Shown piece after piece: positions 18,273-27,479 of a stretch of DNA of 64,000 nucleotides. Source of the DNA: Anaerolineales bacterium (lineage in GTDB: Bacteria; Chloroflexota; Anaerolineae; UBA1429). The notes under the pieces are model-generated. The model had not been told where the DNA came from and ran no database searches. It worked only from the letters and a program-made list of their open reading frames with translations. The stretch covers positions 29,707 through 93,706 of the forward strand of contig JBKHJO010000001.1 of assembly GCA_046538105.1 (NCBI GenBank). Direction: 5' to 3'. Made by a program: the position numbers and the translations under genes. Every line of letters starts with the position of its first letter. Positions within the stretch are counted from its first letter, which is position 1.

Positions 18273-19336
18273 TCGGTCATCTCCGTTCCTTCCAGTCGGA
18301 TGGCCATGGACACGTTTCGTGGACGATCAGGATTCAGTTCCCGTCCTATGGCCCTGAAGTAAGCCATAAACTGCAGGAAGGGGAGATAGAGGACGGGACG
18401 TGCTCGCTCCGGCAAGTCAGCGTTCAATGTAAACACCGTATCGAACTCCTGGCTCAGTCCTCGATCCTCGTTGGCGACGACCACGATGGATCCTCCGCGC
18501 TCTCGCAGATTTTGCAGTACAGCCACCTCATAGTCCCGTGTTCTCTCGGAGACCAATCCCACGATGAGATGCTCCCTATCCAACAGCGACATGGGGCCGT
18601 GACGAAATTCCATGAAATGGTAGGCCTCGGCCAGCGACAGGGACATCTCTTTCATCTTGATCGTGCCCTCGTTGGCCAGGCCGTAGAGGGGGCCGGAGCC
18701 CAGATAGGAGATACGCTTATAGTTCTCGTTGGTGCCAATTTCCTTCGCTACGGGCTTGGCGCGCGTGATGAGTGCGTCCGCTTTGGAGGGAAGGGCCCTT
18801 ATTTCCTGCAGGAAGGCATCATCATCGACGGTGACGGCGGCCAGAGTCTGCACAGCTATCAACATGGCGGCAAAGGAGCCCGTCTGGGCAAAACTTTTTT
18901 CTTGGGCCTCGGGAATGCTGATCGTCGAAGAGGCGACGGAAGCCAGCCCCGTGTCCCGGTAGCAACTGACGGCCAACGCCTCGCTGCTTCGGGCGCGCAT
19001 CTCCTGGACGGCCTTGATGGTCTCGCTGGTTCTCCCAGAGCGGGAAAGGGCTACCACCAGAGGCGTTTCGTCCTCACGGAGAAAAGTATCCGGATTCAGG
19101 AACACCTCCGAGGAGGGGGTGCTTTTGCAGGAAAGGCCCGTGATACGTTGAAAGAAGGGGGCTGAGAACTGGGCCAAATAGTGTGTGGATCCACAGCCCA
19201 TGAAAAGGAGTCCCTGTTCTGCATTGCGCTCGACCATGGATAGTAGTTTCTCCTTTTGGGCCAACACCACCTGGCTTCCCGCCTGCCAGCCCTGGGCCTG
19301 GTTCGATATCTCCTGAAATGAGTATTCGCCTCGCAT
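18269..19336 (-). CDS. SIS-domain sugar-phosphate isomerase/deglycase (GlmS C-terminal-like, FrlB/AgaS-like)
   Basis: Two SIS repeats (FMGCGSTHY...; YLGSGPLYG). Start MRGEYSF behind GAGGAGG. There is no glutaminase domain. Confidence 0.7.
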   Translation of the reverse strand: MRGEYSFQEISNQAQGWQAGSQVVLAQKEKLLSMVERNAEQGLLFMGCGSTHYLAQFSAPFFQRITGLSCKSTPSSEVFLNPDTFLREDETPLVVALSRSGRTSETIKAVQEMRARSSEALAVSCYRDTGLASVASSTISIPEAQEKSFAQTGSFAAMLIAVQTLAAVTVDDDAFLQEIRALPSKADALITRAKPVAKEIGTNENYKRISYLGSGPLYGLANEGTIKMKEMSLSLAEAYHFMEFRHGPMSLLDREHLIVGLVSERTRDYEVAVLQNLRERGGSIVVVANEDRGLSQEFDTVFTLNADLPERARPVLYLPFLQFMAYFRAIGRELNPDRPRNVSMAIRLEGTEMTE

Positions 19337-19450
19337 TTTCTCTGTCCTCCTCAGAAAGCATTCTCTGCCTCCGTCACAACTTGACGTGAAAGTCTCTTTA
19401 TGATACAACGTGCGCAGTTGACAACGCCGTGTGGTGAGGGAGAAATTGGG

Positions 19451-20317
19451 ATGATCATCGATGCACACATTCACCTCTGGAACCCCCTTCATGGTAAGGA
19501 TTTGGGGATCGATCGTCAAGCGCTGGGTTGGGGAAAGGCCCGGGAGGGGCACAGGACATACTATGCCACGCCGCCGGCCTTTGAGGACAGCCAGAGCACG
19601 TACGAGCGGGCTCTGGCGCATATGGAGTGGCTCAACATCGACCGCGCCGTGGTATTGCAGGAGTTCGCCGATGGCAAGCAGGACGATTATCTGGCCGAGG
19701 TACGCAGGGCCGAGCCTACGCGCTTTTCCTGTACCGCCCTCTTTGATCAGCATTACTATGAGGATCCCCTGGGATGCTTTCGAGAAGCCATCGAGAAAAA
19801 GGGGCTGCAGGGTTTTCTCGTCAAGAGCCCCGATCCCCTTTCAGAGATCGCCGTGCCCGAGTTAATGCCCCTTTGGGAGCGGTGCGCCGAACAGGGACTG
19901 CCGGTGGTGTGTAAGAATGGCGCTCCGGACGATATTCGCAAGTTGATAGCGGCCGTGCCAGAGCTCAAGGTAGTTCTGTCTCACTTTGCGGGGTCTTTTG
20001 GTCCGGAGGAGGAATATCAGGAGCGGATCGAGATCGTGGCGTCGTCGCCCAACGTCTATGTGGACAGCGGCGCTCTCACGTTTCGTAAGCGCTATCCCTT
20101 CTCTGAGGCCAAAGAGCGGCTGCACGAGGCTGTGGAGATCGTGGGTGCGGAAAAGATCGCCTGGGGTTCCGATTACCCGCGCCCGGGGTTGGTGGCCGAT
20201 GCCAGTTACAAACAGCAGTTGGAGTTCATCACCGTGGAGTGCGATTTTCTGAGCAAGGAGCAGCAGGAGCAGATCCTGGGCGGGACGGCCCTTCAGGTTT
20301 ACAAATGGGACGAGTAG
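19451..20317 (+). CDS. Amidohydrolase-2 family TIM-barrel metal-dependent hydrolase
   Basis: MIIDAHIHLW... and GSDYP motifs. Internal ATG start behind GGGAG. Confidence 0.7.
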   Translation: MIIDAHIHLWNPLHGKDLGIDRQALGWGKAREGHRTYYATPPAFEDSQSTYERALAHMEWLNIDRAVVLQEFADGKQDDYLAEVRRAEPTRFSCTALFDQHYYEDPLGCFREAIEKKGLQGFLVKSPDPLSEIAVPELMPLWERCAEQGLPVVCKNGAPDDIRKLIAAVPELKVVLSHFAGSFGPEEEYQERIEIVASSPNVYVDSGALTFRKRYPFSEAKERLHEAVEIVGAEKIAWGSDYPRPGLVADASYKQQLEFITVECDFLSKEQQEQILGGTALQVYKWDE

Positions 20318-20415
20318 AGGTCAGCGAATCTGGTGGGCCACCGTAAATGGCCTTGGAGAGAGTAAAGCAATTCCTCAGCGTGTGGATTACCATGATGGCT
20401 TTTGTGTCCACTGGT

Positions 20416-20455
20416 GTAGAGACGCAAGATCTTGCGTCTCTACATTTTCGTTTTG
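20416..20455 (+). terminator. Intrinsic terminator (perfect 28-bp palindrome plus U-rich tail)
   Basis: GTAGAGACGCAAGATCTTGCGTCTCTAC followed by ATTTTCGTTTTGG. Confidence 0.6.
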
Positions 20456-20522
20456 GGGGAGTGCCGCTGCACCCCCTGTGGTCATATCAAAAGGTATGCC
20501 TTTTGTCAGAAGAGTCAGGATT

Positions 20523-21788
20523 TCAATCCTCATCACCCTCAGGCTCGTCGACGCCGAGCGCCTCTTTGAGAGATTCTCCCTGTGGAAAGTGGTCGTACCC
20601 CTCGGCTGATACAGAGTCCGTGCGAACGGCCCAGGGTACAGTGTCCAATTCGGAAAAGGTGCATCCCGATTCGTAGGCTTTTTGGAGGATCTCTTCCATC
20701 TGCCGTATGCCCACTGTCTCTGAGCCATCCTCCGCCTGGATCGGATAGGTGTACTCATCTGGCACCGGATGGATGCCGCCGCTGGATTCGAAGGTCAGGT
20801 TGATACTCAGCACATGGGGTGTTGCTTCTGCCAACCCGCAGAGGGGCGCCTCTTCCTCGCCAGCCGCCACGCGGGCGATCTGACGGAACGGATGGAGATG
20901 ATTCTCTTCCCGCTGGGCGTTGACGTATTTTTCTCGGCTCCCGTCGTTGTATGAGACAATCACTGTATCCGTGTCTGCATACCAATCGACGATCCCTTTC
21001 TCACATATAAGACGCGTTCTGGGATTGAACGTCTCGGTGAGGGCGTGACTGACCAGGTGTAGGGCGCGAGTGCCATCCACATCGACCGCTATACATGAAG
21101 TGTCGTAACTTTCGATGGGTTTCGCGGCATAGAGTTCGCCCTGTATGCTCGTGATGGGGATCTCCCCCTTTTGGACGCCTATGAGGTAGAATATATTGGT
21201 GAGATAGTGGGCGGTGGCGTTGGTGGCTGGGCCGTCGAGAATCCAGTGTCCCGGCTCTCCCAGGCGCCCGGCCCAGCCATTGCGCGCATAGTAATTCTCA
21301 TCGCGAGGCCAGCCGATCATGGTGCGTCCTTCGAGGATCCTGCCCAGGCTGCCGTCCGATACCTTTTCCCTGAGCCATCTCATGGTCGGTCCGTATATCC
21401 ACTGGTAACCCACGGCGCACCAGCGCCCGGTGCGTTGCTCACATTCCTGCAGCTCGTGCGCCTCCTGGATAGTGGCTGTCACAGGTTTTTCAACGAGTAC
21501 GTTGTATCCGGCTTCCATGGCCTGGATGGCCATGGGGGCGTGGTAGGGGGTGCCTGTCGGCACGCCCACCACGTCGATCCGACCCTGACCGTCTTCCAGC
21601 ATCTCTTCCAGTGTTTCATAGATGATACAATCTCGTTCTTCCAACGTCTGTACCTGGGATTGGTATTTCTCTCGATTGCGCACCACTGCTGCGCCAAGGT
21701 GGGCCACGTCCCGCTTCTCCAATATGCGAAGGCTCTCCACCCATGTGGCGGCGAATCCTCCTATGCCCACGATACCGTATATGATCAT
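20523..21788 (-). CDS. Gfo/Idh/MocA-family NAD(P)-dependent oxidoreductase with a C-terminal extension
   Basis: MIIYGIVGIGGFA Rossmann N-terminus; EKP motif. Start behind GGGAGG. Confidence 0.75.
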   Translation of the reverse strand: MIIYGIVGIGGFAATWVESLRILEKRDVAHLGAAVVRNREKYQSQVQTLEERDCIIYETLEEMLEDGQGRIDVVGVPTGTPYHAPMAIQAMEAGYNVLVEKPVTATIQEAHELQECEQRTGRWCAVGYQWIYGPTMRWLREKVSDGSLGRILEGRTMIGWPRDENYYARNGWAGRLGEPGHWILDGPATNATAHYLTNIFYLIGVQKGEIPITSIQGELYAAKPIESYDTSCIAVDVDGTRALHLVSHALTETFNPRTRLICEKGIVDWYADTDTVIVSYNDGSREKYVNAQREENHLHPFRQIARVAAGEEEAPLCGLAEATPHVLSINLTFESSGGIHPVPDEYTYPIQAEDGSETVGIRQMEEILQKAYESGCTFSELDTVPWAVRTDSVSAEGYDHFPQGESLKEALGVDEPEGDED

Positions 21789-21951
21789 CGCGTTAGCCTC
21801 CCTTTTCTCTTCCATCCATGGCAAGTGTACCCTTTTCCGGAGGTGGCTGTCAACAGGCGAGGGACGCTTGACGGGACGGGGCGCAGGGCCTATTCTCCTA
21901 TTTGCTATGCGTTTCGCTGGCCATTTTATGAGTTGAGGGAGGGCGATTACT

Positions 21952-23424
21952 ATGAGTCATTCATCCGAACTGAGAACCCTGTACACTCTGCGTAACCCCG
22001 AGGGAAAGCCCACAGCCTACCGTGTGAGTCATCCTAACATCCTGTTTATCATGTCCGACCAACACCGCTTTGACTGGCTGGGCTCTCGCGGAATGGAGGA
22101 TTTGCACACGCCCCATCTGGATCGCCTAGCCGAGGAGGGAGTCATGTTCTCCCAGGCTACGTGTAACAGTCCCCTATGTGCCCCCTCGCGGGCTGCATTG
22201 GCGACGGGCCTGCGGCCGCCTCACTGCCACGTGTTGGACAACAGTTACAGTCTGTCCCCAGACGCCTGGACTATCTATCGTCATCTGCGGCGTTACGGGT
22301 ATCGCACCGCCCTCTTTGGTAAGCTGGATTTACACAAGCCCCAGTTCTATAACGGGCTTGGAGATCTGCCCATCGTCTATCAACTTGGCTTTACGGATCC
22401 TCTGGAGGCAGAGGGAAAACAACATGGCGCGCAGCGCATCTTTGTGGAGGGGGAAGATGGGACCCGCGAATGCCTACTGATCGGGCCATATCAGCGGTAT
22501 CTACATGACAGGGGATTGCTGGAGTCCTTTTGTGCGGACTATATTTATCGCTACAGGCAGCACGCCCACTATGCCGCGCCGTCCATACTGTCCTGTAAAG
22601 ACTTTGAGGATGCATGGATCGGAGAGAAGGCCTGCCAGTATCTACGTGAGGTGAATGACGATTCTCCCTGGTTCGCCTTTGTCAGTTTTGTGGGGCCCCA
22701 CAATCCCTGGGACGCGCCGGAGGAATACCTGCAGCGGTATAAGGACGTGCCCATGCCTGATCCCGTGATGGACCCGGGGGCGGATCGCGCGGCGTGGGTG
22801 CAGCAAAAACAGGAAGAGATGATGCGCGGCACAGACGAGACCACGGCGCAGGAGATGCGTCGGAACTATTCCGGTATGGTCACCCTCATTGACGACTATG
22901 TCGGGGAGATGGTCGATATTCTGGAGGCGCGCGATCTCTTGGAGGATACCATCATCGTCTACACGTCAGACCACGGCGAGATGCTGGGGGACCTGGGACT
23001 GGTGCACAAGTCGGTGCAGTATGAGCCTGCGCTACGCGTGCCCCTGATCCTCTCGGGCTGGGGTATCCCGCGTCTGGGCACCTCCGACGCCCTCGTGGAA
23101 CTCTTTGATGTGACGCCCACTCTGTTGGATCTGGTGGATCTGCCGGTACCTCCCAACCTTGATGCGCACTCGTTCGCGCCTTTGTTGCAAGGAGAGACGA
23201 AAGTCCATCGTCGTTATCAGATCGCTCAACTTCCCTTTACCACCTGCATTCGCGATGGGGCCTTTAAGGCTATCGTCAATCCCAACGACCGTCCCGAACT
23301 GTACGATCTTGGGGGCGATCCCTGGGAGAGGGAAAATGTCTATGGGCAACACGAGGAGCGCTATCGACGTCTGATGCAGAGGCTTGACGAGCATGTGACG
23401 GGTGGGCTGGATCTGAACGCCTGA
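21952..23424 (+). CDS. Formylglycine-dependent sulfatase (arylsulfatase family)
   Basis: ILFIMSDQHR and CAPSRAALATG (C-x-P-x-R) signatures. Confidence 0.85.
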   Translation: MSHSSELRTLYTLRNPEGKPTAYRVSHPNILFIMSDQHRFDWLGSRGMEDLHTPHLDRLAEEGVMFSQATCNSPLCAPSRAALATGLRPPHCHVLDNSYSLSPDAWTIYRHLRRYGYRTALFGKLDLHKPQFYNGLGDLPIVYQLGFTDPLEAEGKQHGAQRIFVEGEDGTRECLLIGPYQRYLHDRGLLESFCADYIYRYRQHAHYAAPSILSCKDFEDAWIGEKACQYLREVNDDSPWFAFVSFVGPHNPWDAPEEYLQRYKDVPMPDPVMDPGADRAAWVQQKQEEMMRGTDETTAQEMRRNYSGMVTLIDDYVGEMVDILEARDLLEDTIIVYTSDHGEMLGDLGLVHKSVQYEPALRVPLILSGWGIPRLGTSDALVELFDVTPTLLDLVDLPVPPNLDAHSFAPLLQGETKVHRRYQIAQLPFTTCIRDGAFKAIVNPNDRPELYDLGGDPWERENVYGQHEERYRRLMQRLDEHVTGGLDLNA

Positions 23425-23428
23425 TATC

Positions 23429-24223
23429 TCAGCGGCGGACGATCGAGCGCCCGAGGAGTTTGCCCACCAATTTCTCCAACATCCACAGCGCACCGCCGAC
23501 GGAGAGGTCGACGAGAAGAGTATAGATGAAGGCGAGGGTCAGGGAGCGCACCACATTTTCCACCAGGACCGCCGCACGGCGGGCAGGGGGGCTGGCGAGG
23601 AGTTTGGGCAGTATGCCCGTCATCCCCAGCCCGAGCGCCGCCGTACTCAGCAAAATTCCCATATAGATACCCATGGCCAACCATGGGCGCCGATCAGAGC
23701 GGCTGGGGAACATGCTATTTCCTATGACCAGCAAGAGATAGAGCCAGAGCCAGGATCTCTGGAGTGCCGGCAGGTGGCCGATCCCTGGAATCCCTCCTTC
23801 TGCGCTTGCCGTCAGGATCGTCACGCCCAGCCCCCATTGCACGAGGCTCACCAACAGGACGCTACCCGCCAACAGCGGCGCCAGTCCGATCAGGCTGGCA
23901 CGCACGGTGTCCGTCTCTCCGACCTGCATGGTGCCCAGGGTCATCGAATTCCCATCATCGGAAACCTGGGGCACAAGGGAGATTCTGCCCGTTCTCACTC
24001 CCAGTACCTTGGCGGCGAAAAAGTGGCTCAGTTCGTGGATCAGGGTTCCCGGCAGCATCAGAATGGCATACAGACACGTTGCCGCTGTCCCGTTTCCGAA
24101 AATGAGAAGGGATAGCCCCTGAACACGGCGACTGAACCAGCGGTTCACGGGAATCAGAAATGTTGCCATGACAAGCAGCAAAAGAAAGGATTCCCACCTC
24201 ATAGTCGTCCGGTCTTTTTCCAA
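23429..24223 (-). CDS. Polytopic membrane protein with an HExxH motif (putative membrane-embedded zinc metalloprotease)
   Basis: LIHELSHFFAAKVLG sits within a run of hydrophobic helices. Confidence 0.45.
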   Translation of the reverse strand: MEKDRTTMRWESFLLLLVMATFLIPVNRWFSRRVQGLSLLIFGNGTAATCLYAILMLPGTLIHELSHFFAAKVLGVRTGRISLVPQVSDDGNSMTLGTMQVGETDTVRASLIGLAPLLAGSVLLVSLVQWGLGVTILTASAEGGIPGIGHLPALQRSWLWLYLLLVIGNSMFPSRSDRRPWLAMGIYMGILLSTAALGLGMTGILPKLLASPPARRAAVLVENVVRSLTLAFIYTLLVDLSVGGALWMLEKLVGKLLGRSIVRR

Positions 24224-24253
24224 TCCTCCGCTTTTTGTTTCATGCCAGGATGT

Positions 24254-25027
24254 TTACAAGAGTCCTTTGGCCTTGGCTGTGAGGCGAATTATCTCCACAA
24301 AATCCTCGGACTGGAGGCTGGCTCCGCCCACGAGGCCGCCGTCAATATTCGGCTGGGACATCAGTTCCTCGGCATTGTGGGGTTTGATGCTTCCCCCGTA
24401 CTGGATGCGTACCGCCTCTGCCGTGTCCTGATCATAGAGTTCCTTGATCGTGGCGCGAATCACGGGGCCGCAGACGGCCTCGGCTTGCTCCGCCGTGGCA
24501 GCCAGTCCTGTGCCAATGGCCCAAATGGGCTCGTAGGCTAGGATTAGACGGGCCACCTGCTCTCCTGTAAGACCGTTCAAGGCTTTCGTGACCTGATCCT
24601 TTATCCAGGGTTCCGTCCTGCCCGATTCTCGAAGTTCCTGGGTCTCTCCAACGCACACGATGGGCGTCAGTTCGTGACCAAAGGCCGCCTTGACCTTGCG
24701 ATTTACCGTCTCATCGGTCTCGTCAAAGTACTCTCGCCTTTCCGAGTGGCCGATGATGACGTACGTGCAGAACTCCTGAAGCATCAGTGGAGAGATCTCT
24801 CCCGTATAGGCACCGCTCTCCTTCCAGTGCATATCCTGGGCTCCCACGCCAATGTCGGTATCGACGAGGGTGCGGGCCACATCGGGGATAGCCAGGAAAG
24901 ATGGACAGACCACTTTTTCTACCTCGGTAATGGAGGAGGCAGGGTCTTCTATCTTTTCGACGAGGGCTTTGCCCTGGGCAGCCGTCTTGTGCATCTTCCA
25001 GTTGCCGGCCAGTATCGGTTTTCGCAT
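24254..25027 (-). CDS. tpiA: Triose-phosphate isomerase
   Basis: MRKPILAGNWKMHKT...; start behind GGGAGG. Confidence 0.9.
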   Translation of the reverse strand: MRKPILAGNWKMHKTAAQGKALVEKIEDPASSITEVEKVVCPSFLAIPDVARTLVDTDIGVGAQDMHWKESGAYTGEISPLMLQEFCTYVIIGHSERREYFDETDETVNRKVKAAFGHELTPIVCVGETQELRESGRTEPWIKDQVTKALNGLTGEQVARLILAYEPIWAIGTGLAATAEQAEAVCGPVIRATIKELYDQDTAEAVRIQYGGSIKPHNAEELMSQPNIDGGLVGGASLQSEDFVEIIRLTAKAKGLL

Positions 25028-25240
25028 GGCAATTCCTCCCTTTTCTATTATATGTATAGATGACATTGCTCAGACGTTCGTACTCTACCATGGACAAGCC
25101 TATCACAGGAGGCGCCGTCTGCCAAGCAAAGGGAGCAGTGTTTTCACTTGACGTGAGGTATCTTTCGACCTAGATTATAGGCGCACGGTGAATGTAGGAT
25201 CGGCAGCAAGTTTTCATGTGGGCAGGGATGGGGAGGAATT

Positions 25241-26089
25241 ATGATGGTACGAGATGTGGATGCACTGCGTCGATTGGCAGTCGAATTGCGCGTTCACGTG
25301 GTGCGGATGATGGGGGCCAACAAAAACCATCATTTTGGAGGTTCCATGTCCGCGGCTGACATTGTGACGGGGCTGTACTTTTACAAGATGCGTTATGATC
25401 CCGACGATCCAGAGTGGCCCGAGCGAGATCGCTTTATCATGAGCAAGGGACATTGCGTGCCTGCCCAGTATGCCGCCCTGGCCATGTTGGGGGTGCTGCC
25501 CGTGGAGGAATTGCCTCAGTTAAAAGAGATGGGCAGTCGCCTGCAGGGACATCCGGCCGCTCATCTGGTGCCCGGGCTAGAGGGTTGTACCGGATCTCTG
25601 GGGCAGGGACTGTCCTTTGCCAACGGTATGGCCCTGGCCGCGCGGATTCAGCAGCGGGACTATGACGTGTACTGTCTGATAGGGGATGGTGAGATCCAGG
25701 AGGGGCAGATTTGGGAGGCGGCCATGACCTCTTCTAAACAATCTCTGGGTAATCTCACGGCGATTATCGACCGTAACGGGCTCAAGGCTATGGACGAGGC
25801 GTCGTCCTCCAAAACTATGGATCCCTTGACTGACCGCTGGAAGTCCTTTGGTTGGTCCGTGTGTGAAATTGACGGGCATGAGATGGCCGAGATCTGTGAG
25901 GCGCTGGATTGGGCGGGGGAAAACGTGGAGACGCCCTCGATGATCATCGCCCACACGGTGAAGGGCAAGGGGATTCCCTTTATCGAGGGGCGGCCCGAGT
26001 TTCACAACGCTGCTCTGACGGAAGAGCAGGTCGAGAAAGCGTTAACAGGACTCGAAGAGCAGTTGGAAAAGTGGGAGGGGGGGAAATGA
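25241..26089 (+). CDS. Transketolase, N-terminal (TPP-binding) subunit of a split enzyme
   Basis: GHCVPAQYAALA and GDGEIQEGQIWEA motifs. Confidence 0.85.
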   Translation: MMVRDVDALRRLAVELRVHVVRMMGANKNHHFGGSMSAADIVTGLYFYKMRYDPDDPEWPERDRFIMSKGHCVPAQYAALAMLGVLPVEELPQLKEMGSRLQGHPAAHLVPGLEGCTGSLGQGLSFANGMALAARIQQRDYDVYCLIGDGEIQEGQIWEAAMTSSKQSLGNLTAIIDRNGLKAMDEASSSKTMDPLTDRWKSFGWSVCEIDGHEMAEICEALDWAGENVETPSMIIAHTVKGKGIPFIEGRPEFHNAALTEEQVEKALTGLEEQLEKWEGGK

Positions 26090-27027
26090 CGGAGATGACG
26101 GAGACCCGGTACGCGTACGGCGAGGCACTTTTGGAAGCGGGCAAGTTGTACCCCGAAGTGGCCGTCCTGGACGCCGACCTATATAGTTCGACGCGTACGA
26201 TCCTTTTTCGCGATGCTTTTCCCGAGCGCTTTATCGATGTGGGCATCGCCGAGGCCGATATGGTCAGCACGGCGGCGGGTATGGCCGCTTCGGGATTGAT
26301 CCCCTATGCTAATTCCTTTGCCATCTTTTTGACTGCCCACTGTTATGATCAGATTCGCATCCAGATCGCCTATCCCAATCTACATGTGATTCTGGCGGGC
26401 TCCAGCGCGGGCCTGACGCAGGGACCGGATGGGGCCAGCCATCAATCACTGGAGGATGTGGCCCTCATGCGTGAATTACCCCACATGCGGGTGCTGGTGC
26501 CGGCCGACAGTGTGGAAGCGCGGGCCATGACCATGGCCGCGGCTCGAGACATAGACGGGCCGGTGTATATTCGCCTGGGACGCTATCCCGTACCCGAGGT
26601 ACTGGATGACGATTATCGTTTCGAGTTGGGGAGGGGCACCATCCTGCGTCAGGGAGAAGAGGTCACCCTGATGGCCTGCGGTCATATGGTCAACGTGGCC
26701 CTGGAGGCTGCCAGGCTGCTGGCCAATCGTCAGATAAGCGCGGCAGTGATTAACATGTCCACCATCAAGCCCATCGACAGGGAGATGGCCGAATGGGCCA
26801 TGGGCAACATGCCTCTTTTGGTGACCATCGAGGAACACAGCGTTTATGGGGGATTGGGCAGCGCCGTGGCGGAGGTCATGGCCGAGGATGGATGCGGCGC
26901 CCGCCTGATCCGTCTGGGCACGCGAGACGTGTTTGGAGAGTCGGGGACGGCTGACGAATTGCTGGAGAAGCATGGTTTGACGCCTTCCGCGGTCGCCAAG
27001 AGAGTTAGTAAAGAGTTTGGCAGGTAG
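26086..27027 (+). CDS. Transketolase, C-terminal (pyrimidine-binding) subunit
   Basis: ATG overlaps the previous stop. FIDVGIAEADMVSTAAG motif. Confidence 0.85.
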   Translation: MTEMTETRYAYGEALLEAGKLYPEVAVLDADLYSSTRTILFRDAFPERFIDVGIAEADMVSTAAGMAASGLIPYANSFAIFLTAHCYDQIRIQIAYPNLHVILAGSSAGLTQGPDGASHQSLEDVALMRELPHMRVLVPADSVEARAMTMAAARDIDGPVYIRLGRYPVPEVLDDDYRFELGRGTILRQGEEVTLMACGHMVNVALEAARLLANRQISAAVINMSTIKPIDREMAEWAMGNMPLLVTIEEHSVYGGLGSAVAEVMAEDGCGARLIRLGTRDVFGESGTADELLEKHGLTPSAVAKRVSKEFGR

Positions 27028-27479
27028 AGGCGTGGGTTTGCATGAGAAGGGATTCTGGCTTGTCCTCTGTCCTTGCTGATATGCGTGCAGTTAGGCCAGC
27101 GACTTTTTATCGAGTCGTTTGAAGCGTAGCCCGATGTGTATGATCGGGTTCGAATCGAGGTGCACCGCCATGGCCAGGCGGCGCCGATTCGCCCTCTCGT
27201 GTCTAGGCCTATACGTGGAGCAGAAAATCATTCCGGCCCTTGTGGAGTGGCCAGGAGGCATAGTGTTTTCAGGAGCCTGGAGATCCGGGCTCCTCTCCTT
27301 TTGGCCCTTACCCCCGAGCATCGCAGCACAAGACGCCGGAGGTCTCTTTTTTCCTACACTCGGCGTTTCTCATATAGGGTAGGATCCCGCTCCGCACATT
27401 GGGCACTCCTCTCCGGCTTGTCAAGAGTGGGACACGATGCTACACTAGATCCAAGTAGGTTGCTGAACGGGACATTATC

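Noticed and set aside
27141-27170. tRNA-like T-loop (GGUUCGAAUC) followed by GCACCGCCA
   Set aside because: The flanking stems do not pair into a T-arm or acceptor stem. No cloverleaf can be built.
27250-27310. Possible RNase P RNA P4-like motif (GAGAUCCGGGCUCC)
   Set aside because: It differs from the invariant GGAAAGUCCGGGCUCC at two positions, and none of the other RNase P conserved regions are present on either strand.
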